From assembly GCA_037445735.1 (NCBI GenBank), contig JBBIJY010000009.1, positions 12,974 to 76,973 on the forward strand: DNA of 64,000 nucleotides. The letters are read 5' to 3'. The position numbers and the translations under genes were made by a program. Positions 1 to 9,579 of this stretch are shown here, one piece after another. Source of the DNA: Armatimonadota bacterium (GTDB lineage: Bacteria; Armatimonadota; Fimbriimonadia; Fimbriimonadales; GBS-DC). Within the stretch, counting starts at the first letter, position 1. The number at the start of each line of letters is the position of its first letter. Below the pieces are notes generated by a model that worked only from the letters and a program-made list of their open reading frames with translations, was not told where the DNA came from and did no database searches.

Positions 1-15
1 CGGGCGGGCACACCG

Positions 16-1452
16 ATGAGCGAGAAGCCAGCCGATCCGACTCGTCAGCAGGTTCTGCGGGGGGGCGTGTACCTGCTGGTTCGGCGCGGCGTCGCGGTGC
101 TGCTCGGCATCCTCGGCGTGCTGTTCATCAATCGCATCGTGGGTCCGGGCGTGCAGGGTCTCTACAGCGCAGCGTATGGCGTGTTCAACTTCCTGCTGAC
201 GGTCGGGCTGATGGGCACGCACATCTATCTGATTCGGGAGCGGCGCGATGCCCCGCGCGCGCTGTTCCATCAGGCGTTCTGGTGGCTGCTGCTGTACGGG
301 ACGGGTCTGATGCTGATGGCTGCAGGTGCGTTCTGGCTGCTGGAGCGGGGCTGGGTGCGCACGGAGCCGTTCGCGCTGGTGGCGACCGCCGTATGCCTGA
401 GCCTGCCGCTCGCGCTGGTCAGCTATGTGCCTGCCGCGCTGCTGGAGCGGGAGCTGGACTATCGGCGGGTCGCGCTGATTGAGGTTGGGGCGCAGCTGAG
501 CTACTATCTGCTCGCGATCCCGCTGGCGCTGGTGGGCTATGGCGTGTGGGCGCTGGTGGCAGGCTTCTGGCTCGGTCAGCTCGTCCAGGGTGGGGGCTAC
601 TTCGCTGCCGCGCGCTATCGCCCGCGCTGGCACTGGCACAGGGCACTGCTGGCGCCGATGTTGCGCTACAGCTTCAGTCAGGCGGTGTCGGGATGGGTCT
701 ATAACCTGCGCGAGCTGATGCCCGCCTTTGTGCTGCTGCCGCTGGCTGGCAGGGAGGCGGTCGGCTATCTGGCGATAGCGAACCGCTTCGTGAGCATGCT
801 CAGTTTCGCGCAGGAGGCGGCGGGTCGGCTCTCGGTGCCCACCTTCGCGCGGGTTCAGCATGATCTTCAGCGGCTGGCGCGCGCCGTGAGCGAGGCGATG
901 CAGCTCCAGACGCTCGCGCTCGGTGCGCCCCTTTCCGCCTTCACCCTGATCGCGCCGCTCGTGCTGCCCACCCTGCTCGGCGTCAAATGGGACACGCATG
1001 TGATCCTGATCGCGTTCACCCTGCTGGGCACACGCCTGCTGCTATCCGCCCTGTTCGCCATTCAGGGAAATGCGCTCTATGTACGCCAGCAGAACCGCCT
1101 GATGCTCTACGCGAATCTCGCCTATATCGGCGTTCTCGTGGTGCTCGGTTCAGCGATGGTGTGGCTTTTGCCAGCGGCTTACAAACTGTACGGCTATCTG
1201 ATTGCCGACCTGATTGCCCATGTGCCGACCTATGTCATCAAGCACTGGGGGATGGTGCGGCATATCGGGCGACCGAACTATCAGATAGCGGCGGTCTGGA
1301 CGGTAGCGATGCTGTGCTTGCTGACAGCCCCTGTGGTGAGCGGGTGGCTTTACCTGGTGGGCGCTGCGCTGCTGCTGACGCCTGTCAGTCGCCGCCGCTT
1401 GCGGACGCTGGCTCACGAGTTGCGCGCCAGCGCCGCTGCCTTCAATCCATAA
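16..1452 (+). CDS. Polytopic membrane protein, MOP/Wzx-type polysaccharide flippase-like
   Basis: 478-aa ORF that is hydrophobic throughout, with many predicted TM segments. The N-terminal layout resembles polysaccharide-biosynthesis/flippase family proteins. Assignment is by resemblance only. Confidence 0.5.
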   Translation: MSEKPADPTRQQVLRGGVYLLVRRGVAVLLGILGVLFINRIVGPGVQGLYSAAYGVFNFLLTVGLMGTHIYLIRERRDAPRALFHQAFWWLLLYGTGLMLMAAGAFWLLERGWVRTEPFALVATAVCLSLPLALVSYVPAALLERELDYRRVALIEVGAQLSYYLLAIPLALVGYGVWALVAGFWLGQLVQGGGYFAAARYRPRWHWHRALLAPMLRYSFSQAVSGWVYNLRELMPAFVLLPLAGREAVGYLAIANRFVSMLSFAQEAAGRLSVPTFARVQHDLQRLARAVSEAMQLQTLALGAPLSAFTLIAPLVLPTLLGVKWDTHVILIAFTLLGTRLLLSALFAIQGNALYVRQQNRLMLYANLAYIGVLVVLGSAMVWLLPAAYKLYGYLIADLIAHVPTYVIKHWGMVRHIGRPNYQIAAVWTVAMLCLLTAPVVSGWLYLVGAALLLTPVSRRRLRTLAHELRASAAAFNP

Positions 1453-1458
1453 CATTGG

Positions 1459-1480
1459 ATGGGCAGAATCTGCCCATTTG
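1459..1480. terminator. Hairpin between convergent genes (candidate terminator)
   Basis: ATGGGCAG-aat-CTGCCCAT is a perfect 8-bp stem. It is followed by TTTGG and lies 7 nt after the stop of the 16..1452 ORF, between convergent genes. Confidence 0.35.
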
Positions 1481-1522
1481 GTGGGTCGATTCTGCCGATG
1501 ATGAAACCGCGCCGGGTGCCGA

Positions 1523-2110
1523 TCACGCTGTGGGGGGCGTCAGGTCGGTGAGGGCGTCCCAGAGGGCGCGCCCCATCTGCTCGCAGGCGGTCAGCGCGCG
1601 CGCCTGCGCTTCGGGGCTGAGCTGGCTCAACCGCTCCAGTATTTTTTTCGCCTCGTGATGGTTCGCCGCGTGCGCCTCAAAGTAGGGTCGCACGCCGTCG
1701 GGCAGGTCGTAGTGGCGGATCAACCCATCCAGCTTCGACCGGGCGGTGGCAGGCTGCTGCGCCTCGAACGCATAGAGGGCGCCGAGCGCGGTCGCTGGCT
1801 CGGCGAACAGCTCGCGCGCGGTGCGCACCAACTGGCGCACCGCAGGTCGCTCTGCCTCGCCAATCGTGGTGCCCAGCGCCGTCGCGAACTGCGCCCACAG
1901 CTCGATATGCTCCTCCTCTTCATGGGCGGTGTCGGCATCGTTCTGCACGCGCCAGCCCGCCGGCAGCTCGCAGATGAACGCGCCGTACTCGCGGGCATAG
2001 TCGCGCAACGACTCCACTGGCAGGGTGCCCGCGCTCCACGCCTGATAGAACGGATGCTCCAGCAGGTTCCATCGCTCCACAATCGCGTCCAGTTGCTCCT
2101 TAATCGTCAT
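1523..2110 (-). CDS. Heme-oxygenase-like fold protein of the TenA/PqqC/CADD type (putative di-metal oxidase)
   Basis: Start chosen at MTIKEQL, where GGAGG lies 7 nt upstream. The ORF track's longer start at 2131 lacks an RBS. Motifs HPFYQAW and EEEEHIELW, plus a C-terminal HxxxxHH, are typical of the PqqC/TenA-like family. Confidence 0.6.
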   Translation of the reverse strand: MTIKEQLDAIVERWNLLEHPFYQAWSAGTLPVESLRDYAREYGAFICELPAGWRVQNDADTAHEEEEHIELWAQFATALGTTIGEAERPAVRQLVRTARELFAEPATALGALYAFEAQQPATARSKLDGLIRHYDLPDGVRPYFEAHAANHHEAKKILERLSQLSPEAQARALTACEQMGRALWDALTDLTPPTA

Positions 2111-2163
2111 CGCTGTTGCCTCCAATCGCAAGCAGTATACCCGCCATCAGGTAGAATCGTGGC

Positions 2164-3885
2164 GTGCGGAACAGCGAGGTGGCACGACTGTTCTATGAAC
2201 TGGCGGACTTATCGGACTATGTGGGCGATAATCCGTTCAAATCGCGTGCCTATCGTCAGGCAGCCCGCCTGTTAGAGACGATGCAGACCCCCATCGAGAC
2301 CCTCGCCGAGCAGGGGCGCGAAGCGCTGGAGGCGATTCCGGGCATCGGCAGCGCAATCGCCGAGAAAATCATCGCCTATCTGGAGACGGGCGCGATTCCC
2401 AAACATCAGCAGCTGCTGTCGCAGGTGCCAGCGGGCATTCTGGAGGTGATGGCGGTGCCCGGCATCGGTCCGAAGACCGCCCGCCTGCTGACGGAGCGGC
2501 TCGGCGTGCAGGATTTAGCCAGCCTGCAACGCGCGCTGGAGAGCCAGCAGGTGCTGAAGCTGCCCGGCTTCGGCGAGCAGAAACGCCAGCGCCTGCTGCA
2601 TCTGTTAGATTTAGTTAAGAAGTCGCGCGTGCGGCGTCCGCTGGGGTCGGTGCTGTGGCTGGGGCGCGAGCGGCTGGAATGGCTGCGCCAGCTGCCTGGG
2701 GTGCAGAACGCTTTGCTGGGCGGCTCTGTGCGCCGTATGCAGGAGACCGTCGGCGATTTGGACTATCTGGTCGCCAGCGAGCAGAACGAGGTCGTGATTG
2801 AGGCGTTCGTGCGGATGCCCGGCGTGACGGAGGTCTTCTCGCGGGGCGAGAATCGCGCTCAGGTGTTTTTGAGCGACGGCTTGCAGGTGGATCTCAAGAT
2901 TGTGCCGCCCGACAGCTGGGGCGCAGGCATGCTCTATATCACGGGTTCCAAACAGCATTCGATCCGCCTGCGCGAGCGGGCGATCGAGCGGGGCTTGAAA
3001 CTGAACGAGTACGGCGTGTGGCGCGGTGTGGAGCGCGTCGCCAGCCTCACCGAAGAAGAGATGTACGCCGCGCTGGGGCTACCGTACATACCGCCCACCC
3101 TGCGCGAGGACCAGGGCGAGCTGGAAGCCGCCGAACAGGGCACACTGCCCGCGCTCATCCAGCTCGAACAGGTGCGCGGCGACCTGCAAGCCCACTCGCC
3201 ATGGTCGGACGGGCGCAGCTCCACCGAACAGCTGATGACCGCTGCCCAATCGCTTGGCTACGAGTACCTCGCGCTGACCGACCATGTGGAGATGCTGCTC
3301 TGGCATGGCGAACTGCGCGAAGTGTTCCGCCGCCGCCAGCGCGAGATCGAGCAGCTCAACGAGCGGTTCGGGGGCAAACCTTACCTGCTGAACGGGCTGG
3401 AGGTCAATATTGAAGCCGACGGCAGCCTCGATGCGCCTGACGAGCTGCTGCATGAGGCGGAGATCGTGGTGGCGGGCGTGCATCACACTCACGGTCAGCC
3501 GCCAGAGGTGATGACGCGCCGCCTGCTGCGCGCGCTGGAGCATCCCGCCGTGCATATTCTGGCGCACCCGACAGGGCGACGCTTCGGTAAGCGTGAGCCG
3601 AACGAAGCCGACTGGGAGCGCATCTTCGCCCGCGCCGCCGAGCTGGGCAAAGCCGTCGAAGTCAACGGCTACTACACCCGCATGGACCCGCCCACACCGC
3701 TCGTGCGCCTGCTGAACGAAAGCGGCGCGACCGTCGCGCTCGGCACCGACGCCCACACCGTTAGCGACCTGCGCTTTATGGAGCTGACGGTCGGACTTGC
3801 CCAGAGGGGATGGCTGACCCCAGCGCGAATCCTTAACACGCGCCCGCTGCCCGAACTGCGCAGCTGGCTGCAGCAGAGGAGGTAA
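2164..3885 (+). CDS. polX: DNA polymerase X family protein with C-terminal PHP phosphoesterase domain
   Basis: The N-terminus (EVARLFYELADL...NPFKSRAYRQAAR) with HhH motifs (IPGIGSAIAEKI, VPGIGPKTA) and a PHP domain (LQAHSPWSDG...LALTDH...GTDAH) is the canonical bacterial PolX layout. GTG start. Confidence 0.9.
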   Translation: MRNSEVARLFYELADLSDYVGDNPFKSRAYRQAARLLETMQTPIETLAEQGREALEAIPGIGSAIAEKIIAYLETGAIPKHQQLLSQVPAGILEVMAVPGIGPKTARLLTERLGVQDLASLQRALESQQVLKLPGFGEQKRQRLLHLLDLVKKSRVRRPLGSVLWLGRERLEWLRQLPGVQNALLGGSVRRMQETVGDLDYLVASEQNEVVIEAFVRMPGVTEVFSRGENRAQVFLSDGLQVDLKIVPPDSWGAGMLYITGSKQHSIRLRERAIERGLKLNEYGVWRGVERVASLTEEEMYAALGLPYIPPTLREDQGELEAAEQGTLPALIQLEQVRGDLQAHSPWSDGRSSTEQLMTAAQSLGYEYLALTDHVEMLLWHGELREVFRRRQREIEQLNERFGGKPYLLNGLEVNIEADGSLDAPDELLHEAEIVVAGVHHTHGQPPEVMTRRLLRALEHPAVHILAHPTGRRFGKREPNEADWERIFARAAELGKAVEVNGYYTRMDPPTPLVRLLNESGATVALGTDAHTVSDLRFMELTVGLAQRGWLTPARILNTRPLPELRSWLQQRR

Positions 3886-3890
3886 ACGGG

Positions 3891-4136
3891 ATGATTCACG
3901 CCTTTGTAGACAGGGTGCAAACGCTGGAAAGTGGCGAGCGTGTGGCAGTGCTGATCCTGCGCTGGCGCGAGGGCGACTACTTCGAGTGGCTCGTGCCCCT
4001 CGAATGGCTCCCGCCCAACACGCGCGAGGGACACTGGCTGGTGGTGAGCTTCGAAACCGACCCGCGCACGCAGGCGCGTATGCACCAGCAGGTCGAACAA
4101 CTGCTCAAAGAGTTGAAAACGGACGATGGGGTATAA
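3891..4136 (+). CDS. Small DUF3006-like protein
   Basis: 81-aa ORF immediately after polX. Its layout (N-terminal beta-rich half, C-terminal acidic/basic helix) resembles DUF3006 proteins. Weak assignment. Confidence 0.45.
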   Translation: MIHAFVDRVQTLESGERVAVLILRWREGDYFEWLVPLEWLPPNTREGHWLVVSFETDPRTQARMHQQVEQLLKELKTDDGV

Positions 4137-4202
4137 TCGAGCGCACAGAGCGGACCCTTCTGACCCCAGCGCGGGTCCCAAACGGTCCGAAGGAGGGTAC
4201 GA

Positions 4203-4526
4203 ATGATCAAACCGCGATTCTACGAAGCGATGGTGATTGTGCCGGGCAACACGGAGCAAGGTGCGGTGGACGCGCTCCTCGAGCGGTTCCGCACCCTGCT
4301 GGCGAATCAGGGCGCGCGCGTGGTGGAGGCGCGTGTCTGGGATCGGCGCAAGCTCGCCTACGAAATCAAGCATGTGAACGAGGGCATCTATCTGCTGTTT
4401 CGGTTCGAAGGTCCCCCCGCGGCGGCGGAGGAGCTGCGCCGCGTGCTGGGCATCACCGAGAGCATCCTGCGCTTCCGAATCTTCCGCCTCGAACCGGAAG
4501 AGGTGGCTGCCCTTGCGCAGACATAA
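4203..4526 (+). CDS. rpsF: 30S ribosomal protein S6
   Basis: YEAMVIV...RKLAYEI...EGIYLLFRFEG is the S6 signature. AAGGAGGG RBS lies upstream. The gene sits in an rpsF-ssb-rpsR operon context. Confidence 0.9.
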   Translation: MIKPRFYEAMVIVPGNTEQGAVDALLERFRTLLANQGARVVEARVWDRRKLAYEIKHVNEGIYLLFRFEGPPAAAEELRRVLGITESILRFRIFRLEPEEVAALAQT

Positions 4527-4537
4527 GGGGGTACACG

Positions 4538-5086
4538 ATGAACTATAATCGCATCATTCTGATAGGTCGCCTCACCCGCGATCCGGAGCTGCGCACCACG
4601 CCCGATGGCGTTGAGCTGGTGCGGTGTACGGTCGCGGTCAACCGACGCAGCGGCGGCGAGGAAGTGGCGGACTTTTTCGACTTCGTCGCCTTTCGCCAGC
4701 AGGCGGACTTCCTGGCGAACTATGCCACCAAAGGGCGACTGGTGCTGGTGGAGGGGCGCCTCCAGAGCCGCTCCTACACCGATCGGGAGGGCATCCGCCG
4801 CAAGGCGTACGAGGTGGTGGCGGACACCGTGCGCCTGCTGGATCGCCCGCGCGAGGAGGAGGTAACCCCAGCCGCCGGGGCGCCCGAAGCAGGTTTTGAA
4901 GCCGCCGAATCGGGCGATGCGGCGCGACCTGTGTCGGCAGCCGCTGTCGCACCCGCGCAGGGCGCCGCCGCCCGACGCCCTGCACCCGCCACCCAACCCG
5001 AACCTGAAGAGGAGATCGAAATCCCCGAAGAACTACTGGACGAGGATTTCGAAGTCGAGAGCGACCCCTTCGCCGAAATGCCGTGA
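4538..5086 (+). CDS. ssb: Single-stranded DNA-binding protein
   Basis: MNYNRIILIGRLTRDPELRTTPDGVELVRCTVAVNRR is an OB fold, followed by a Pro/Ala/Glu-rich tail ending in an acidic DPF motif. This is the internal ATG at 4538 of the 366-aa track ORF 3986..5086. Confidence 0.9.
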   Translation: MNYNRIILIGRLTRDPELRTTPDGVELVRCTVAVNRRSGGEEVADFFDFVAFRQQADFLANYATKGRLVLVEGRLQSRSYTDREGIRRKAYEVVADTVRLLDRPREEEVTPAAGAPEAGFEAAESGDAARPVSAAAVAPAQGAAARRPAPATQPEPEEEIEIPEELLDEDFEVESDPFAEMP

Positions 5087-5156
5087 ACTTCGTGGCACAG
5101 AAAGAGGCAAGCCGTTCCTGCCTGCAGGCGGGGTACAATCTCACCTCGCCAGAGCT

Positions 5157-5185
5157 GGACTGCGGAAGCAGGGCTTCCGCAGTCC
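5157..5185. repeat. 29-nt perfect palindrome (13-bp stem, 3-nt loop), copy 1 of 2 in the window
   Basis: GGACTGCGGAAGC-agg-GCTTCCGCAGTCC lies in the ssb-rpsR spacer. A near-identical copy lies at 34777..34805 inside mfd. Confidence 0.8.
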
Positions 5186-5208
5186 ACATCCGAATGGAGG
5201 TTTAAAGA

Positions 5209-5493
5209 ATGGCAATCGAACCGCTGGAGCTGGAGAAGAAGGAACTGGATGAGGAGCTGGAGTTAGGTGCGAAGGTGCGGCGCGTGCGCTACAAGCGCAA
5301 GGCGTGCGCCTTCTGCATCGAGCGGAAGCCCATCGATTACAAGGATGTGGCGCGCCTGCGCCGCTACATCTCCGATCGGGGCAAGATTCTGCCGCGGCGT
5401 CAGACAGGCACCTGCGCGAAGTGCCAGCGTCAGCTGGCGTTAGCCATCAAGCGGGCGCGGGAGCTGGCGCTGCTGCCCTACATCGCCCAGTGA
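5209..5493 (+). CDS. rpsR: 30S ribosomal protein S18
   Basis: CAFC...[50 protein letters not shown] is the canonical S18 sequence. Confidence 0.9.
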   Translation: MAIEPLELEKKELDEELELGAKVRRVRYKRKACAFCIERKPIDYKDVARLRRYISDRGKILPRRQTGTCAKCQRQLALAIKRARELALLPYIAQ

Positions 5494-5502
5494 GGCACAC
5501 CG

Positions 5503-6573
5503 ATGGCGCACCCACTCGATGAGACGGGGCGACTGCGCACGGCGGACCCGCACGGCATGATGGCACTCACGCTCGATTTCCCCGCCCAGTGCAAGCGGGC
5601 AATCGAGCTGGCACAGGCATGGACACTGCCTCTACTACCCCGCGAGCCACGCCTGATTGTGGTCAGCGGTATGGGCGGCTCCGGCATCGGAGGCGACTAC
5701 CTGCGGGCGGTGTTCGAAGCGGAAGGCAACCATCCTGTGCTGGTCGTGCGTGATTATCAACTGCCTCGCTGCGTCGATGCGAACACGCTGCTCTTTGCGG
5801 TCAGCTATTCGGGCAACACGGAGGAGACACTGGCGTGCTATGCGGAGGCGCGCGAGCGGGGCGCGATGATCGTCGCGCTCTCCAGCGGCGGCGAACTGCA
5901 ATCGCGCGCCCAGCGCGACGGCGTTCCCCACCTGCCGGTGCCCGGCGGTCAACCCCCACGCACCGCGCTGGGCTATCTGTTCCTGCCAATGCTGGTGCTG
6001 TGCGAGCGGTGGAACCTGCTGCCAAACGGCGAAACGGCGCGCGCCCGCGCCCTGCAACGCCTTACCCAATCGCGCGACCGCTGGCAGCCCGAAATTCCAT
6101 ACGAGCAAAACCCCGCCAAGCAGTTAGCCAGCACGCTGCAGGGCAAGCTGCCCATCCTCTACGGTTCGGGCGGCTATCGCGCGATTGTCGCCACCCGCTG
6201 GAAAGGGCAGTTCAACGAGAACGCCAAACAGCACGCCTTCGCCAGCGCCTTCCCTGAGCTGAATCATAACGAGATTCTGGGCTGGGTGGGTGCACCCAGG
6301 CAGGCGCGCAACTTCAGCATCGTCGTGCTGCGCGACCCCAGCGAGAGCACGCAGACCCGCACGCGCGTCGAGGTCACGCGCCAGCTGGTCGGCGATGCCG
6401 CCGAATGGCACGAAGTGTGGGCAGAGGGCGACAGCCTGCTCGAACGCCTGCTCACCCTCACCTACCTCGGCGACTTCGTGAGCCTCTACCTCGCCTACCT
6501 GAACGAAGTCGACCCCTACAGCATCGACTACATCGATCGGCTCAAAGCCGAACTGGCAAAACTCAATCGCTGA
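5503..6573 (+). CDS. Bifunctional phosphoglucose/phosphomannose isomerase (SIS domain)
   Basis: 356 aa. The SGMGGSGIGGDY motif and the two-SIS-domain layout are typical of the archaeal/bacterial PGI/PMI family. Confidence 0.7.
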   Translation: MAHPLDETGRLRTADPHGMMALTLDFPAQCKRAIELAQAWTLPLLPREPRLIVVSGMGGSGIGGDYLRAVFEAEGNHPVLVVRDYQLPRCVDANTLLFAVSYSGNTEETLACYAEARERGAMIVALSSGGELQSRAQRDGVPHLPVPGGQPPRTALGYLFLPMLVLCERWNLLPNGETARARALQRLTQSRDRWQPEIPYEQNPAKQLASTLQGKLPILYGSGGYRAIVATRWKGQFNENAKQHAFASAFPELNHNEILGWVGAPRQARNFSIVVLRDPSESTQTRTRVEVTRQLVGDAAEWHEVWAEGDSLLERLLTLTYLGDFVSLYLAYLNEVDPYSIDYIDRLKAELAKLNR

Positions 6574-6586
6574 ACGGAGGCTGAAA

Positions 6587-7513
6587 ATGGCAGCGGCACA
6601 CCATGTTTGCGGAGGGCTATTGCTATCGGAGACGCACACCGACGCCGTAATGTACACCTATCGCGTGAAGCAGGTCTATCAGATAGCGCAAACGAAGTTC
6701 CAGCACGCGATGCTGGTGGAGTTAGCCGGCTACGGCAAGTCGCTCTTTTTAGATAACAAAATCCAGTCGGCATTACTGGACGAGTATATGTTCCATGAGC
6801 CGATGGTGCAGCCTGGTATGGTGACTCATCCGAACCCGCAGCGCGTGCTGGTGGCGGGCGGGGGCGAGGGGGCAACCCTGCGCGAGGTGCTGCGCCATCG
6901 CACCGTGCAAAAAGCCATCATGGTCGACATCGATGACGAGCTGGTGCGCTACTGCGAGCGCTACATGCCCGAATGGCACCAGGGTTCATTCTCTGACCCG
7001 CGCACAACGCTCATCTTTGATGACGCACGCAAGGTCATCCCGCAATATCGTAACGAGTTCGATGTGATCGTGTCCGATTTGACCGACCCGCTGGAGGCGG
7101 GACCGTCGCAATATCTGTTCACGCGCGAGTTTTATCAGATGGTCTATGACGCGCTGACCGATGAGGGCGTGTTGACGGTTCAGTCGGGCGCGGGCGACCC
7201 GCTCTACCCTTACCTGTACGGCTGTATCGTGCGCACGCTTCAGGAGGTGTTCCCGATTGTGCGCCCCTACTGGTCGTTCGTCGCATCGTTTATGCTGCCG
7301 TGGGGTTTCGTGCTGGCGTCCAAAAAGCATGACCCGCTGGCGCTGACCCCTGATGAGGTGGCGCGGCGGCTGGAGATGCGCGGCGTTGTCGGGCTGCGCT
7401 ACTATGATCCGGGGACCCACTTCGCGATGTTCGCGATCCCGCCCTACCTGCGCGAGGTGATTCAGACCGCGCGGGTGCTGACCGACGCGGAGCCGTTCGC
7501 CTGGGAAGCCTGA
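6587..7513 (+). CDS. speE: Polyamine aminopropyltransferase (spermidine synthase)
   Basis: Motifs LDNKIQS...DEYMFHE, VLVAGGGEGATLREVL, MVDIDDELV and DVIVSDLTDP. GGAGG lies 7 nt upstream of the ATG at 6587. An alternative ATG exists at 6650. Confidence 0.85.
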   Translation: MAAAHHVCGGLLLSETHTDAVMYTYRVKQVYQIAQTKFQHAMLVELAGYGKSLFLDNKIQSALLDEYMFHEPMVQPGMVTHPNPQRVLVAGGGEGATLREVLRHRTVQKAIMVDIDDELVRYCERYMPEWHQGSFSDPRTTLIFDDARKVIPQYRNEFDVIVSDLTDPLEAGPSQYLFTREFYQMVYDALTDEGVLTVQSGAGDPLYPYLYGCIVRTLQEVFPIVRPYWSFVASFMLPWGFVLASKKHDPLALTPDEVARRLEMRGVVGLRYYDPGTHFAMFAIPPYLREVIQTARVLTDAEPFAWEA

Positions 7514-7514
7514 G

Positions 7515-9200
7515 GTGAGGGCGGTGCTGATGCTCACCGCCCTGCTGCTTGCGATTGCCCTCACCCCAACCCTCTCCCCAGCGGGGAGAGGGAGTCCCAA
7601 TCTCCTCTCCCCCATCGGGGGAGAGGGTACGGGTGAGGGGGCTTTTTATCCTGCATCTGCGATCAACCCCTCACCCCAACCCTCTCCCCAGAGGGGGGAG
7701 GGGGCTAACCCAATCCTCTCCTCCAGCAGGGCGGCGCAGGGTCAGTCGCTCATCCTGCGGGCGCTCCACTCGCGCGCGGTGCGCCAGTCGGACGGCTCGT
7801 TGCAACTTGAGCTGCGCGGCAGGGTGCAACTGCTCTACGGCGAGCGTCAGCTGCGCACGGAGGCGCTGCAGCTGGACACGGCGAAAGCGGTCGTGCAGGG
7901 CGATGAACCATTTGAGCTGCTCGCGCCCGAAGGCTACCTGCGCGGTCAGAGCCTGCTCTATTTTTATGAGGCGCGTCGCGGGCGGTTCACCGATGTGCAG
8001 GCGGTGCTGTTTCTGCCTGATTCCTCACGCGCGCCTCGTGGCTGGCCCCAGCAGGAGAGAGTTTCCGCTCGGCTCTGGGCGCAGCAACTGGAAGGCGACC
8101 TTCAGCGATTTGAGGCGCAGGCGATACGCGCCACCACCTGCGATCGGGAGCCGCCTGACTTCACGGTGGAGGCGGCGCGTGCCAGCCTGCGCGGGGGTCA
8201 GCGGCTGCGCCTCTATAACGCGCGCCTGCGCTGGCGCGGACGCACCCTGTTAAGCATTCCCACCATCAGTTTGAACCTGCGCGAGCGACGCGAGACGCTG
8301 GAACTGCCAACCCCCACCTATAGCCCCGACACAGGAGCGGGCGCCCGCTATCAGCTCGCGTTGCCGCTCGGTGCGCAGTCGCTGCTCGTGCTGAACGGCG
8401 CGGTTTATACGCGGGCGGTTCCAGAAACGCGCCTGGCATTTGCCGTCGCACTTGCTGGCGACGCGCCTGTACTGACCGAGCCAGAGTTGAGCCAGCGGCT
8501 CGAATCGAGCGCGCTGTATAACCTGCGCATCACGCCGGAACGCGAGCAGAACGCTCTGCGCGAGCGTGTCACCACCCTGCGGCTGGAACACAGTGCCGAT
8601 GTGCGCCCGCTGTTCGCCCGCGACGCCCACCTGCGCGTTTCCCGCCCACTTGAGCTTGCCATCAGCACGGGCTTCGTTGCAGGCACAGGGCTGGGCGGTA
8701 TCAGCCTGCGATGGGGTTCCATGCGCGAGCGGCTGGACAACCAGCACACGCCCACCCTGCAGCGGCTCGCCCTCGAAGCCGAATGGCTCCAGCCTCTGAT
8801 GCGCCCGTCGCCCCTGGAGCTGAACCTGCACCTGTGGGCAAGCCATGTGCGCTACGGCGATACCCGCTCTTTCAGCTGGCTGCGTCCCCAGCTCGAACTG
8901 CGCTATCAGCATGGCGAGACCTTCGGGCTGATGCTCGGCTACGCGCTCACCCGCATGCAGGGACGCACGCCGTTTCAGTCGGATCAGATCGCCGCCCGCC
9001 AGGAAGTTGCCCTGCGCGGCGAAGGGCTGATCGGCAACCTGCGCTGGGGCGCCCTGCTCAAATACGACACCGAACGAAACGACCTCTATGACATCCAGCT
9101 CTTTCTCGGCTGGCGCATCCACTGCATCGAGCCGTTCCTCTACTGGCGACGCACGCCCGGCGTGCTCCTGTTCGGAATCACGCTCACAGGCTTGCGTTGA
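7515..9200 (+). CDS. Putative outer-membrane LptD/OstA-like protein; the N-terminal region is encoded by repeat elements
   Basis: A signal-like N-terminus (MRAVLMLTALLLAIA) is followed by a repeat-encoded linker. Next comes an OstA-like segment (LQLELRGRVQLLYGERQLRTEALQLD...VVQGDEPFEL) and a long beta-rich C-terminal part. The start codon is uncertain. Confidence 0.4.
   Translation: MRAVLMLTALLLAIALTPTLSPAGRGSPNLLSPIGGEGTGEGAFYPASAINPSPQPSPQRGEGANPILSSSRAAQGQSLILRALHSRAVRQSDGSLQLELRGRVQLLYGERQLRTEALQLDTAKAVVQGDEPFELLAPEGYLRGQSLLYFYEARRGRFTDVQAVLFLPDSSRAPRGWPQQERVSARLWAQQLEGDLQRFEAQAIRATTCDREPPDFTVEAARASLRGGQRLRLYNARLRWRGRTLLSIPTISLNLRERRETLELPTPTYSPDTGAGARYQLALPLGAQSLLVLNGAVYTRAVPETRLAFAVALAGDAPVLTEPELSQRLESSALYNLRITPEREQNALRERVTTLRLEHSADVRPLFARDAHLRVSRPLELAISTGFVAGTGLGGISLRWGSMRERLDNQHTPTLQRLALEAEWLQPLMRPSPLELNLHLWASHVRYGDTRSFSWLRPQLELRYQHGETFGLMLGYALTRMQGRTPFQSDQIAARQEVALRGEGLIGNLRWGALLKYDTERNDLYDIQLFLGWRIHCIEPFLYWRRTPGVLLFGITLTGLR
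7558..7704. repeat. Nested-palindromic repeat cluster (3 units) inside the 5' part of the LptD-like ORF
   Basis: Unit 1 is CCCTCACCCCAACCCTCTCCCCagcGGGGAGAGGG. Unit 2 is CCTCTCCCCCatcGGGGGAGAGGGTACGGGTGAGGGGG. Unit 3 is CCCCTCACCCCAACCCTCTCCCCagaGGGGGGAGGGGG. Confidence 0.9.
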
Positions 9201-9237
9201 CGACTCATCGGGTATAATCCCGTTGGAGGGAAAAACG

Positions 9238-9561
9238 ATGGCAGCAAGAGCCGTTACAGAACGCGAATGGGAAACCGAAGTGTTGCAATCGCCTGTACCA
9301 GTGCTGGTCGACTTCTGGGCGGTCTGGTGTGCGCCGTGTCGCCTGATCGCGCCGATTGTGGAAGAGCTGGCAACCCAGTATGCCGATAAGCTCAAGGTGC
9401 TGAAGGTGGATGTCGATCAGGAACAGGGGCTGGCGATCCGGTACGGGATTATGAGCATCCCGACGCTGTTGCTGTTCAAGAACGGGCTGATTGTGGATCA
9501 GATTGTGGGCGCGTTGCCCAAAGGGGCGATCGAGGAGCGCGTGAAAAGGCATCTTGGCTAA
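9238..9561 (+). CDS. trxA: Thioredoxin
   Basis: Motifs VLVDFWAVWCAPCRLIAP (WCxPC active site) and SIPTLLLFKNG. GGAGGG lies 7 nt upstream of the ATG at 9238, which is an internal start of track ORF 9088..9561. Confidence 0.9.
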   Translation: MAARAVTEREWETEVLQSPVPVLVDFWAVWCAPCRLIAPIVEELATQYADKLKVLKVDVDQEQGLAIRYGIMSIPTLLLFKNGLIVDQIVGALPKGAIEERVKRHLG

Positions 9562-9579
9562 CCGTTGAGGGAGTGAACA

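Noticed and set aside
3986-4537. 5' extension of the ssb ORF (366-aa track ORF)
   Set aside because: The extension overlaps rpsF in another frame and encodes Arg/Ala/Gly-rich low-complexity sequence. SSB homology and an RBS-compatible ATG begin at 4538.
8250-9395. 381-aa minus-strand ORF
   Set aside because: It is antisense to the LptD-like gene and trxA. It has no RBS or motif and a high-G+C mirror-frame composition.
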